A stretch of DNA of 58,326 bases. Origin: a virus. Its lineage: Duplodnaviria; Caudoviricetes. This document shows, one piece after another, positions 39,124 to 48,235 of this stretch (position 1 is its first letter; each line of letters starts with the position of its first letter). The stretch lies in the IMG/VR virus record IMGVR_UViG_3300031509_000052, positions 1 through 58,326 of that record. One strand, written 5' to 3'. A model generated the notes under the pieces. The model ran no database searches and was not told the origin of the DNA. It saw only the letters and a program-made list of their open reading frames with translations. Both the position numbers and the translations under genes were made by a program.

Positions 39124-39280
39124 GAAGTCCACGGGGGTGAAAGGATCCGCGCCTAACCTTTCACCTTGGGGCTTTGGGTGGAAACAACCTTGCATCCGCT
39201 GCGGCGCGGAGATGCCGGGCGTCAGCGGCCTGAAGACGGCTATCTGCGAAGTCTGCGGCTGGAAGGACGACTGCTGCTAG
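39077..39280 (+). CDS. Small Zn-ribbon protein
   Basis: CIRCG...CEVCG; gaggag SD. Confidence 0.55.
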   Translation: MLLEKAAGRLKPQRSRKSTGVKGSAPNLSPWGFGWKQPCIRCGAEMPGVSGLKTAICEVCGWKDDCC

Positions 39281-39358
39281 AACCAAGAAGGCCGCCCTTT
39301 CAACAGGCGGCCTTCTTGGGTCCGGAGGTGAGGAGGCTCACGCCAAACCAGCAAGCCC
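39280..39358 (-). ncRNA. Candidate ~80-nt small RNA with anti-Shine-Dalgarno sequence
   Basis: Consensus promoter directly upstream, hairpin directly downstream, no credible ORF; contains CCUCCUCACCUCC. Confidence 0.5.
39283..39319. terminator. Bidirectional terminator-like hairpin
   Basis: ccaagaaggccgcc-9 nt-ggcggccttcttgg between convergent units. Confidence 0.7.
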
Positions 39359-39364
39359 AGAATA

Positions 39365-39393
39365 AGTGTATAGCACGTCTGCAGCGCTGTCAA
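39365..39393 (-). promoter_or_regulatory. Near-consensus sigma70 promoter
   Basis: TTGACA-17 nt-TACACT on - strand. Confidence 0.75.
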
Positions 39394-39399
39394 TTCAGG

Positions 39400-39741
39400 T
39401 CAGGCGTCAGACCAGTGGTTTTCTTCCCAGAGGCGGAACGTCCCGGGGATGTCGGCCAATTCCACGTCGAGGGGCTCGATGGAATCAGTCTGCTCAATGA
39501 ACAGCGGCTCGCCGGTACTGTCAACGAAGATCAGGCCGGTGATCGCGACCGGTTTGCCGAAGTGCTTCAGGACATCGTCGGGCGATGCCGCCAGCCCGGT
39601 AACGTCTTCGCCGGTGGAGAAGAGCACCGCAGTGTACTTGGCGATGCCGGGCGGCTGGAGGCGGACTGCGGTGATGATCCCGTTTACAGTCATCTCCTCG
39701 AAGCCGCCGCGGCCGTAGTCATGTGTGGTGATCGTCGTCAT
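39400..39741 (-). CDS. Hypothetical protein
   Basis: ggagg SD before ATG 39741. Confidence 0.55.
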   Translation of the reverse strand: MTTITTHDYGRGGFEEMTVNGIITAVRLQPPGIAKYTAVLFSTGEDVTGLAASPDDVLKHFGKPVAITGLIFVDSTGEPLFIEQTDSIEPLDVELADIPGTFRLWEENHWSDA

Positions 39742-40666
39742 CGTAGAGCCTCCTCCGGAGGTGGGTGAAGGCGTACGCCGCCTGCGCAGGGACAACGGCG
39801 TTGCCGAGGAGCATGAGGCGAATTGGCGGGCTCAGCGCACTATGGTTGACCCAATCGGGAAGCCCATAAGCCACTCCACGAAGAGCGGATTGAGCCGGAG
39901 AGAGCCAGGGCCACTCGCGGATGATATCAGCCCACTCTCCAAAAGCCAGCGGCCCAGGGGGCCATACACGACCTGATTCGGCAGTTGGTCCATGTGCGGC
40001 CGGCTGCGGGTGGTCATGTGGCGCAGCGTGTTCGGCGGTCTCCAGTCCCTCGCCGCGGGTGTAGCCCAGAGCTCCTCCCTTTTCGGCAAGGATGAAAAGC
40101 CGCCGCCTGACATGAGGAGCGCCGACTTCAAGCGCTGAGAATATTCCCTCTGCAACGCGGAAGCCGCGGCTTTCGAGGAACGGTTTAACGACGTCGTAGT
40201 AGCCGAGGTTGAGGTGGTTCGCGACGTTTTCGAAGAAGCACCACCGGGGTTCTGACTCATCGATGATGCGGGCAATGTGGGGCCAGAGGTGGCGCGGGTC
40301 TGACGTCCCGCCGCGGCGGCCGGCGATGCTGAACGGCTGGCAGGGGTAGCCGGCAACGACGCAAGCCACTTTTCCGCGCCACTGGCGAGCGTCGAAGGTG
40401 ACAAGGTCCGTCCATATCGGCGCATCATCCAGTTCACCTTCGGCAATATCCTCGACCAGGACCTCGCAGGCAGCGGCTTCCCTTTCCACGTAGCAGACGA
40501 CGCGAAAAGCTCCGCCCAGTGCCTGGCGGAGCCCGCGTTCGAGTCCTCCGATTCCAGAGCACAGGCTGAGGGCGGTATGTAGTACCACGTCATGGCGCGC
40601 AGCTCCAGCCGCCTCCGCCTCCCCAGCGGCCGCGGCGTTCGCAGACGTATCGTGCAACTCGTGCAT
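39719..40666 (-). CDS. DNA (cytosine-5) methyltransferase, alpha polypeptide
   Basis: SLCSGIGG (I), GYPCQPFS (IV), ENV (VI), HVRRRLFI (VIII), LLGNAVVP (X); motif IX absent. Confidence 0.9.
   Translation of the reverse strand: MHELHDTSANAAAAGEAEAAGAARHDVVLHTALSLCSGIGGLERGLRQALGGAFRVVCYVEREAAACEVLVEDIAEGELDDAPIWTDLVTFDARQWRGKVACVVAGYPCQPFSIAGRRGGTSDPRHLWPHIARIIDESEPRWCFFENVANHLNLGYYDVVKPFLESRGFRVAEGIFSALEVGAPHVRRRLFILAEKGGALGYTRGEGLETAEHAAPHDHPQPAAHGPTAESGRVWPPGPLAFGEWADIIREWPWLSPAQSALRGVAYGLPDWVNHSALSPPIRLMLLGNAVVPAQAAYAFTHLRRRLYDDDDHHT
39832..40593 (-). CDS. Nested alternative-frame ORF: putative MTase beta polypeptide
   Basis: WATPAARDW and RLNPLFVEWLMGFP (motif IX-like) inside the MTase gene, other frame, same strand; ggag SD. 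Confidence 0.65.
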   Translation of the reverse strand: MTWYYIPPSACALESEDSNAGSARHWAELFASSATWKGKPLPARSWSRILPKVNWMMRRYGRTLSPSTLASGAEKWLASLPATPASRSASPAAAAGRQTRATSGPTLPASSMSQNPGGASSKTSRTTSTSATTTSLNRSSKAAASALQREYSQRLKSALLMSGGGFSSLPKREELWATPAARDWRPPNTLRHMTTRSRPHMDQLPNQVVYGPLGRWLLESGLISSASGPGSLRLNPLFVEWLMGFPIGSTIVR

Positions 40667-40808
40667 TGACCAACGGATCATACCACGCGGACAGGTCCTC
40701 GTGGATCCCCTCTTGCACCGCCCCACCCCATATGCTAGAACTACGCAGACAACACTAACCCGTGCAACAAAAAGAGCTGCTCTCATACCACTGTCCTATG
40801 GAGTAAAG

Positions 40809-41429
40809 ATGTCTGAGGCAAAAACCTGCCGCCGCTGCGGGAGCAAACTCTACAACGCCCATACGAAAGAGGCCACCGGCTACTGCCTGTACCATGGGGA
40901 GCAGTACGACCCTTTCCCGGATGCTTTGGAGGAGACGAAACCCAAGCCGCAGAAATGCACCCTGACGCAGCTTGCAGCGTACATGGGGACGACAACGGAG
41001 CGGCTGGCGGTAGTGGTTGATGAATTGGGCCTCCCAAGACGCCGCGGGTACGTGTACAACAGCAGGCAGGTGGCGCAGATCGTCGAAGCGATGAAGCGGC
41101 CGAAGACGGTCTCGGTCCACACGTGGGCCACGCGGCACGGGATATCGGTTGTGGTGGCGAAGACCATTGCGCGGGAGCTGGGCGTCCCGTGGTGGCGGAT
41201 GACCGAGGCGGACACGTTGAAGATGCACGAGGCGCTCGTGGACCCCGGCGAAATGCGGCGGTACACGTTTGATGAGGCCGCCGCTTTGTGTAGAATGACG
41301 GTGCGGCAGATCAAACCGATCGTCGCCAAGATCCGCGGGAGGAACAGCGAGGCATGGCTGACGAAGGAGGAAATGGCGGCCCTTACCCGGTACGTTCAGC
41401 AATCGTCGACGGTGTACCGGCAGACCTGA
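40809..41429 (+). CDS. Zn-finger plus tandem HTH DNA-binding protein
   Basis: CRRCG..CLYHG; TLTQLAAYMG, SVHTWATRHGIS, YTFDEAAALC repeats. Confidence 0.6.
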   Translation: MSEAKTCRRCGSKLYNAHTKEATGYCLYHGEQYDPFPDALEETKPKPQKCTLTQLAAYMGTTTERLAVVVDELGLPRRRGYVYNSRQVAQIVEAMKRPKTVSVHTWATRHGISVVVAKTIARELGVPWWRMTEADTLKMHEALVDPGEMRRYTFDEAAALCRMTVRQIKPIVAKIRGRNSEAWLTKEEMAALTRYVQQSSTVYRQT

Positions 41430-41440
41430 TCCTGGATATC

Positions 41441-41683
41441 ATGTCAGGGACAAACACCCCGGTCGAGATCAAGGACCTCAGCGCCGACCAGAAGAAGATC
41501 CCCACCGACCCCGACGCGCTGCACCACTGCCCGCTGTGCGATGAGTTCTTCACGTGGGTGATCTTCAAGGCGCACGTGCGGCAGTGCGTACTGGCCCGCA
41601 CAGATATCGCCAAGCGGCATTTCCCTGTTGCAAAACGGGATGCTATCATCGAGGCAAAGCCCGCGGATGCCAGCGGGCGCTAG
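41441..41683 (+). CDS. Small Zn-finger protein
   Basis: CPLC...HVRQC. Confidence 0.5.
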   Translation: MSGTNTPVEIKDLSADQKKIPTDPDALHHCPLCDEFFTWVIFKAHVRQCVLARTDIAKRHFPVAKRDAIIEAKPADASGR

Positions 41684-41698
41684 CGAGGAGATCACAAC

Positions 41699-42142
41699 AT
41701 GGCTGTTACTGCCTACTGGTACACGCGGGCGCTCATCGCGCTGTTCAACGGTGCTGTCAACGTGACGAACGACGACATCCGTATGACGCTCCACACGGCT
41801 TCGTACACCCCGAACCAGAACACCCACGACTTCGTGGATGACCTGACCAACGAGGTGGCGAACGGCAACGGCTATACGACCGGCGGGATTACCGTCACCG
41901 GCAAGGCGGTCAGCCAGTCGTCCAACATCGTGTCGTTCACCCACAACAACGTCCAGTGGACCACGAGCGGCGCGGGGTTCACGGCACGGTACGCGGTGAC
42001 GTCGGACCGGACTCCTTCGGGGGCCTCGTCGCAGCCGCTCCTCTGGTATGTGGACTTCGGGCAGAACGAATCGGCCTCCGGCGGCGGCACGTTCACGGTC
42101 CAGACGAACTCGAACGGCGCGGCCCGGATCACGGCTTCCTAG
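41699..42142 (+). CDS. Small virion structural/fibre subunit
   Basis: DDIRMTLHTASYTP..THDFVDDLTNEV..GNGYTTGG..LLWYVDFG pattern of phage structural proteins; strong SD, biased codons, hairpin after. Confidence 0.7.
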   Translation: MAVTAYWYTRALIALFNGAVNVTNDDIRMTLHTASYTPNQNTHDFVDDLTNEVANGNGYTTGGITVTGKAVSQSSNIVSFTHNNVQWTTSGAGFTARYAVTSDRTPSGASSQPLLWYVDFGQNESASGGGTFTVQTNSNGAARITAS

Positions 42143-42167
42143 TAGGAAGAGGCTTGAGCAAGGAATA

Positions 42168-42195
42168 CGGCAGGCCCGCTTCGGCGGGCCTGTTG
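42168..42195 (+). terminator. UUCG-tetraloop hairpin
   Basis: cggcaggcccgc-ttcg-gcgggcctgttg. Confidence 0.7.
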
Positions 42196-42227
42196 TACTA
42201 TGTGGAGAGGAGAAGAAGTCTCTCAGG

Positions 42228-42614
42228 ATGGGGAGAAAAGCACGTACCATGGCAGCAGCAGGAAACGGGAAGCTTACGCTGAAGCAACTCAAGCTCGGTG
42301 CAGGTGGCGCAGGCGGCGCGGGCGGCGGGCTTGCGCCTGCGGCTCCGCAGTTCAAGTACTGGCCGTACGTCGGGCCGGAGAACCGGGTGCCGACGAAGGG
42401 GACGGGACATCTCCACTGGGGGATTACGGCGTTCTACTCGATGGACGAGGACGGCGGGATGCGGGATGCGGTCACCATCGAGGTCGAGGCGGATAACGAG
42501 GAGCAGGCGGTGAGCCGCGCTATGGAGATCATAACCCGCGAGAACTACCGGGTGAGCTGGGTGCGGGAAGGCTGCACTGCGGACCCGGTGCTGAAGGGGA
42601 AGGGTGATGAATAA
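42228..42614 (+). CDS. Hypothetical protein
   Basis: ORF; start 42228 or 42249. Confidence 0.5.
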   Translation: MGRKARTMAAAGNGKLTLKQLKLGAGGAGGAGGGLAPAAPQFKYWPYVGPENRVPTKGTGHLHWGITAFYSMDEDGGMRDAVTIEVEADNEEQAVSRAMEIITRENYRVSWVREGCTADPVLKGKGDE

Positions 42615-42840
42615 GGAAGCGATCGAGCAGCTTATCATGGACCTCGACCAGAAGATCTCGGAGATGGTCAGGCAGCGTGATCATCTCCGCGCGGTTGTGA
42701 CGCTTGCGGATCAATTGGACGCGGCGACTGCGGATCGGCTTGTGGCGGGGATCATTGGGGTAATGAGGGAAAAGGCGGCAGAGGTTGATGCTACGGCCGG
42801 AGCTGCGCTCCTGACCGGCGGCAGGGTGGAAAACAAGTAA
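42604..42840 (+). CDS. Small coiled-coil protein
   Basis: Coupled ORF with heptad pattern. Confidence 0.5.
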   Translation: MMNKEAIEQLIMDLDQKISEMVRQRDHLRAVVTLADQLDAATADRLVAGIIGVMREKAAEVDATAGAALLTGGRVENK

Positions 42841-42859
42841 GAAGGCGGGAGCGTAAGGC

Positions 42860-45800
42860 GTGCCTACTCCGATTGGCGTCATCACGATGTTCGTGGGCAC
42901 ACATAGCGGTGTGCCTTCCGGGTGGGTGCGCGAGACGTCGCTGGACGGTCGCTTTCCTTATGGGGCGTCGTCCGGTATTGGGGCACCGGAAGGCTCCTCG
43001 ACTCACTCGCACGACTTTGGTTCACACACGCACACTAATGTTTCGCACTATCACACAGTTGGTGTCACCGGCCAGGACGGAACGATTTACGCTACAGCGA
43101 GCGGTAACCCAGTTCAGGCAGTCCCGGGCTCTTTAGTGGCATCTGTTGCGAGCGTTGCAACGACACTGAATAACGTTTCTGGTAGTACGTCCTCGGAGAC
43201 GCATACTCCACCGTATAGAACAGTTATTTTCATTCGTAACACATCGCAGAATGACTTAACCACAAGCGAGGCTCGTTGGTTCGCCGTTAGCGGCGGGACT
43301 CACGATACCAATTTCAACGATGTTTTCCCAATGGGCGCGCCCGCGGGCAGCAACGCTGGCGCAACTGGAGGCAGCGCGACACACACGCATACGGCGACGA
43401 CAACACACACTACTACCAGCCATACGCACAGTGGAACGGCTTCTGTGTTCATACCCGGGGTATCTACTAACACGGCCAGCGGCTCGTCCTACTTCCTGCA
43501 ACCGTTTGACCATAACCACACAGGAACTATTTCAACAAGTGCCTCAACTCACGGAGTTGTTTGCTCCGGTTCGTCGGAATCGGTTAACCACGAACCGCCG
43601 TTTTACACGCTACGTGTAGTTTCACTTACAGGTGAGCCGCCGATAGGAACTATTGGAATTTGGCTTAGTAGTCTTTCTTCGATCCCAATTGGGTGGAAAC
43701 TTTGTGACGGTACATCAGGTACACCGAACCTCGTTGGCCGGTTCGTAAAAGGTTCTCCGACAGCCGGTTCTACAGGGGGAAGCGCTTCGCACACACATTC
43801 AAACATAAGTCTTTCACTAACATCTAGTAGCGAAAATAACACACATGGTATTGGTTTTAGTTTGACACACAACGCTGACGGTCAAACTGTATTAGGGGCT
43901 ACGGGTTCGGGCGTTCTGGCGGAAACGTTCAGCACCTCATTTAGCTTTGGCGGGTCGGCTACAACGGTTTATGCCAGCGGTGACGCCGCTTCTGTGAGCG
44001 TCCTCAGCGCTTGGAATATCCCGTTGTCTATCCAATCTGCTTTCATTCAAAAAACCGCCAACAACACACCGCCGACGGTTAGCGGCGTCACTGTCACCTA
44101 CGCCTCCGGCCGCACCCGCACCGGCCCAAACACCACATGGGGCGTTACGTTCACCCCGTCCGACTCCGAACAAACCGGCGCGAATGCCCTCCGGTACCGT
44201 ATCACAACCAGCGGCACCATAGGCGGCGGCGGGACAGTCATCGCCTCGGGCAACTGCACGAGCGGCTCGCAGGTCAGCCTCACCGGCCTCTCCCACACAA
44301 GCCTGAGCGAAGGCAACAACACGCTCTACGTCCACATCTTCGACGGCGGGCTCTGGAGCAACCCGGTCTCGTTTACTGTCAGCCGCGACTCTGTCATCAG
44401 CGCGCCGACGGGGCTGAGCGTCTCCCCCGACCCGACATACACCCAGGACTACTCGGTGACGTTCAACGCGCCTGACACCACCTCCACGAACGCTAACGAA
44501 ATGCGCTGGGAGATCAGGACCGCGGCGAACGGCGGCGGGACGCTGATTGCGTTCGGCAACTTCACCCAAGGGAACGGCCGCTCGACGGGAACTGTCACCG
44601 ACTCCCTGCTTGCCCACGGGGAGAATACCCGGTACCTGAGGATCTATGACGGCGCGTGGAATGCGGCGGAGACGTCGTTTACCGTCAACGCGGTCTTCAA
44701 CACAACGATAAACAGCGAGACCGCAAACGCCACAGCCGACGCGCCTGCGCCCTCGCTGGCCATCTCCGCCGTCCCGCAGGGCGTGCAGGCGGATGCTGCC
44801 GCAACCGCGCCCGCCCCGAACCTTGCGATCGCCGCGGTTGTAAGCTCCGCCGCAGCACTCAGCAACACCGCTGCGCTCGAGGCGAACGTCGCGATTGCAA
44901 AGCTCATCGCCTCCATAAACGCGGCCGCCGCCGCAGAGGCGCCTTCGCCGAACCTCTCCATCTCCGCGGTCGTGGCCGGGCTTTACTCGCAGGCCTCAGC
45001 CGAGGGTATCCCCGGAGCGGTTGGGCGCGGCGTTTACAGTGCGGCGGCTGAGGCGGCGGCGGAGGCTCTGCCGGCTTCTGTTGAAGCGAGTGTCATTGTC
45101 GCGGGGGAGGCGGCGGAGGCTTCGGCGGAGGCCCTGCCGGCAGCGGTCTCGGGCTCGGCGAGCGTAAGCGGCGAGGCGGCGGCGGCCACGGCGGATGGGC
45201 TGAGCCCGGTCATTGCGGCATCGAGTATCATCAGCGGCCAGCCTGCGGAAGCCGCCGCAGAGGCGCTGCCCGCGGCTGTTGCCGGCCAGCACGCAGTAAG
45301 CGTTGCCGCCGAGAGCGCCGCTGCTTCCGCAGAGGCTCTCCCCGCCGGGACCCAAGTAACGTACACGGCGCAGCCGCCCGCCGCGGAGGCTTCGGCGGAG
45401 GCGCTGCCTGCGAGCGTCGGCAGCTCGAAGATCGTCACTGCGGCGGCTGCGGATTCCGCTGCAGAAGCCCTGAGCCCGGTGATCGAAGCGCAGGTCATCA
45501 GGGCGATTGCGGCTTCGGCGGCGGAGGCGGCGGCGGAAGCGGGAGCGGCCGCGGTCGGCCGGGGCGTTTACACGCAGCCCGCGGATGCGGCTGCGGAGGC
45601 TATCGGCGGGGAGATCGGCCGCGGGGTATACGGCGCTTCGGCGGAGGCGGCTGCGGATGCGCTGGCCGCGGCTGTGGGGCGGGGCATTGCGGCAGACAGT
45701 GCGGCCGCGCAGGCCGCAGCCGAAGTCCCGGGGATCGGCAGGAGCGTCGTTGCGGATACTGCCGAAGCGGCGGCTGATGCGCCGGCTCCGCAGCTCGGCA

Positions 45801-47005
45801 TCAACGCCGAGCCTGCGGAGGCGACGGCCGCGGCGCTTGTACCGGGTATTGGGAAGGCGCTTATCAGCGCCGTTGCGGAGGCGGCCGCTGAGGCGTACGG
45901 CGTCGGGGTCGGCCGCGGGGTTTACGCAGAGAGCGCCGAGGCATCGGCTGACGCAGGCGAGAGCGGCATCGGGAAGAGCCTGATCAGCGCGGCGGCCGAG
46001 GCTGCGGCTGATGCGCTCGGCGGCGCTGTGGGGATCGGCGTTTACAGTGCGGCAGCCGAGGCTGCGGCGGAAGCCGGGGCTGCGGCGGTCATCACCGAAG
46101 CCGTCGTGCACGGCGAGAGTGCGGAGGCTGCTGCTGAAGCCTCTGCGCCCGGCGTCGGCGGAAGCGTGGTGGTGGAAGGCGCGGCGGCGGCCGCGAACGC
46201 GGAAGCAGGCATTCCCGGCATCGCGCGGGTGCAGGCCGCCCCGACTGCCGAAGCCGCGGCCGATGCCCAGCCCGCAGCGGCGGTCGTCGTCACCTACGCC
46301 GCCCAGCCGCCGGCGGCAGAAGCGTCGGCCGAGGCGCTGCCCGCTGCAGTCTCGTATGCGGCGCTGCTCAGCGGTGGGACCGCAGAGGCGGCAGCGGCTG
46401 CAGGAGAGGCGGCTGCTATTGTTGCGCGGGATGTCCCCGGCGAGACGGCGGAAGCGGCGGCCGATGCGTACAGCAATGGGGCGGCTATCGGCCGGGACAT
46501 CAGCGCTGAAACCGCGGAAGCCGCCGCGGAGGCGCTCCCGGCCGCGGTGCTGGTCTACCGCACGATCAGCTCCGTCCCGGCCGAGGCGTTCGCGGATGCA
46601 CTCGCTGAACTCGTGGCAATCGGCGCTGTGGTGCCCGGCGACGACGCCGAGGCTTCGGCGGATGCGCTCCCGGCCACCACCGCGCAGAACGCCCAGATCA
46701 GCGGAACCGCTGCGGACGCAACCGCAGAAGCCCTGGCCGCGGCGGTGCTGGTTGCGAGGGTCATCGCCGCCGCAACCGCAGAGGCCGCAGCGGACGCGAG
46801 CGGCGAGCAGGCGCTCACAGAGGCGATTATCGCCAGCGCCGCGGCTGCGGCTGTTGCAGCCGCTCTCGTGCCGGGAATAACCGCAACAAACCCGCTGATG
46901 ATTGCCGCGGTGGCGTCGCTCATCACCAAGGTCTACGGGAACGCGTCGCTTGTACAGGAGCTCCGCGCCACGGCATCACTGGTGCAGCGGATCGATCAGA
47001 CGTAG
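42860..47005 (+). CDS. Large fibre protein: two collar/HxH tip-like domains, two Ig-like domains, ~34 Ala-rich repeats
   Basis: PIGVITMF..VPSGW, PIGTIGIW..IPIGWKLCDGTSGTPNLVGRFVKG, HTH/HSH repeats; NTPPTVS Ig-like; AxAxAxA repeats from ~44710 to ~46880. Confidence 0.75.
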   Translation: MPTPIGVITMFVGTHSGVPSGWVRETSLDGRFPYGASSGIGAPEGSSTHSHDFGSHTHTNVSHYHTVGVTGQDGTIYATASGNPVQAVPGSLVASVASVATTLNNVSGSTSSETHTPPYRTVIFIRNTSQNDLTTSEARWFAVSGGTHDTNFNDVFPMGAPAGSNAGATGGSATHTHTATTTHTTTSHTHSGTASVFIPGVSTNTASGSSYFLQPFDHNHTGTISTSASTHGVVCSGSSESVNHEPPFYTLRVVSLTGEPPIGTIGIWLSSLSSIPIGWKLCDGTSGTPNLVGRFVKGSPTAGSTGGSASHTHSNISLSLTSSSENNTHGIGFSLTHNADGQTVLGATGSGVLAETFSTSFSFGGSATTVYASGDAASVSVLSAWNIPLSIQSAFIQKTANNTPPTVSGVTVTYASGRTRTGPNTTWGVTFTPSDSEQTGANALRYRITTSGTIGGGGTVIASGNCTSGSQVSLTGLSHTSLSEGNNTLYVHIFDGGLWSNPVSFTVSRDSVISAPTGLSVSPDPTYTQDYSVTFNAPDTTSTNANEMRWEIRTAANGGGTLIAFGNFTQGNGRSTGTVTDSLLAHGENTRYLRIYDGAWNAAETSFTVNAVFNTTINSETANATADAPAPSLAISAVPQGVQADAAATAPAPNLAIAAVVSSAAALSNTAALEANVAIAKLIASINAAAAAEAPSPNLSISAVVAGLYSQASAEGIPGAVGRGVYSAAAEAAAEALPASVEASVIVAGEAAEASAEALPAAVSGSASVSGEAAAATADGLSPVIAASSIISGQPAEAAAEALPAAVAGQHAVSVAAESAAASAEALPAGTQVTYTAQPPAAEASAEALPASVGSSKIVTAAAADSAAEALSPVIEAQVIRAIAASAAEAAAEAGAAAVGRGVYTQPADAAAEAIGGEIGRGVYGASAEAAADALAAAVGRGIAADSAAAQAAAEVPGIGRSVVADTAEAAADAPAPQLGINAEPAEATAAALVPGIGKALISAVAEAAAEAYGVGVGRGVYAESAEASADAGESGIGKSLISAAAEAAADALGGAVGIGVYSAAAEAAAEAGAAAVITEAVVHGESAEAAAEASAPGVGGSVVVEGAAAAANAEAGIPGIARVQAAPTAEAAADAQPAAAVVVTYAAQPPAAEASAEALPAAVSYAALLSGGTAEAAAAAGEAAAIVARDVPGETAEAAADAYSNGAAIGRDISAETAEAAAEALPAAVLVYRTISSVPAEAFADALAELVAIGAVVPGDDAEASADALPATTAQNAQISGTAADATAEALAAAVLVARVIAAATAEAAADASGEQALTEAIIASAAAAAVAAALVPGITATNPLMIAAVASLITKVYGNASLVQELRATASLVQRIDQT

Positions 47006-47017
47006 GATAGAGGAGAC

Positions 47018-47407
47018 ATGCCGCCGGTAACGAAAGATGTCCGCAGGTACGACTTCCCCGAGACCGACCCCATCGTCCCGGGCGAAGGGAAGATCCTCAG
47101 GTTCACTGTCCGGGAGAGGACGGGACCCAATACGTGGGTGAACGCGTCCAGCTTCGCCCAGTACGCGAACACGACGTTTTTCCTGATGGACAAAGCCGCA
47201 GATGCCGGGACCACGGACGCTGAGCGGAAGGCGAAGTCCGTTTTCTGGGCGAGCGCGACACCGGGGACGCCGCCGTACATGGATGTGATCCTCTCCCCGG
47301 CACAGACCGCGCTTGTGCGCACTGGAGCACGCTGGTATGAGCTCTGGACTGATTACGACGGTGTGCCGACGCGTCTTGCATACGGCCACATCAGTTTTGT
47401 TGATTAG
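47018..47407 (+). CDS. Small beta-sandwich structural/adaptor protein (BppU-N-like)
   Basis: LRFTV..VILSPAQT..WYELW..RLAYGHISF pattern; gaggag SD. Confidence 0.5.
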   Translation: MPPVTKDVRRYDFPETDPIVPGEGKILRFTVRERTGPNTWVNASSFAQYANTTFFLMDKAADAGTTDAERKAKSVFWASATPGTPPYMDVILSPAQTALVRTGARWYELWTDYDGVPTRLAYGHISFVD

Positions 47408-47930
47408 CACCGCGGCCGTTTACAGCGGAGCAGACGGGACAAAGGAAGGGCCGCAAACCGCCAGGGCGTATACAATAGCCGGCTGGAAGTACGACCACCT
47501 CGATATCACGTACAACGACCCGCGGCTCAGGGATGCGCTGCTCATCTGGGTGGAGATGTCCGCGCTGCGGGACGGCGGGCTGAGGGAAGAGGGCGCGGAC
47601 ATCAGGCTTGTCACGATCACCCCGTGGCCATATCCGTGGTTGTGGGGGATGGCCGCGCCGATCCACGGCGAGGACGGGATTGTCGAGTACTGCTGGGTGG
47701 CGATCAACCCCATCTTCGGGGATCAGCTCCCGCTCGGTATTCTGGCCCACGAGATTGGCCACTGCCTTGGGCTGGAGCACACAACGGTGCCTGATCAGTT
47801 GATGAGCGAGTTCTGCTGCGGTTTACCAGGGGACGATGACCGCGCGGGAATCCAGGCTATCTACGGGCCGCCCGCCCCGCTCAGCGGTTACAAACACAAA
47901 AAGATAGTCCCGCTGGTGGCGCGGGACTAG
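47337..47930 (+). CDS. Matrixin-like (metzincin) zinc metalloprotease, probably exported
   Basis: HEIGHCLGLEH, Met-turn QLM, DDRAGIQAIYG; hydrophobic N-terminus; start uncertain. Confidence 0.8.
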   Translation: MSSGLITTVCRRVLHTATSVLLISTAAVYSGADGTKEGPQTARAYTIAGWKYDHLDITYNDPRLRDALLIWVEMSALRDGGLREEGADIRLVTITPWPYPWLWGMAAPIHGEDGIVEYCWVAINPIFGDQLPLGILAHEIGHCLGLEHTTVPDQLMSEFCCGLPGDDDRAGIQAIYGPPAPLSGYKHKKIVPLVARD

Positions 47931-48160
47931 TCGAGTTTCGTTGCTTTGAGCACGCGTTTCCCCGCAGGGAGACGCTGGACGGTTAGCTGGTAGCCAAGGC
48001 GGCGGGCATAGGTGTACGCCGTCCGGTCAACCGGCGCATCGATCACTACACCTTGTTCGGCTTCGGCAACCTGCGCGAAGAACTCCTCCCAGTAGGCTTT
48101 GCGTTCTCCGCGGCGGGCTGCGATCGGCTTGCCATCCCTGGCGGGGTCGTATGGTCGCAT
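47927..48160 (-). CDS. Hypothetical protein
   Basis: aggag SD before ATG 48160. Confidence 0.55.
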   Translation of the reverse strand: MRPYDPARDGKPIAARRGERKAYWEEFFAQVAEAEQGVVIDAPVDRTAYTYARRLGYQLTVQRLPAGKRVLKATKLD

Positions 48161-48235
48161 TATGATTCTCCTGAAGTGCACGCTGCAGGACCCGGTATTG
48201 ACACGAATCCTACAGCGTGCACAACAGGCCGTCAA

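Noticed and set aside
20492-47005. Diversity-generating retroelement or invertible tail-fibre cassette
   Set aside because: No reverse transcriptase, recombinase or template/variable repeat pair seen
48198-48230. TTGACA as a + strand promoter
   Set aside because: No credible -10 at 16-18 nt spacing
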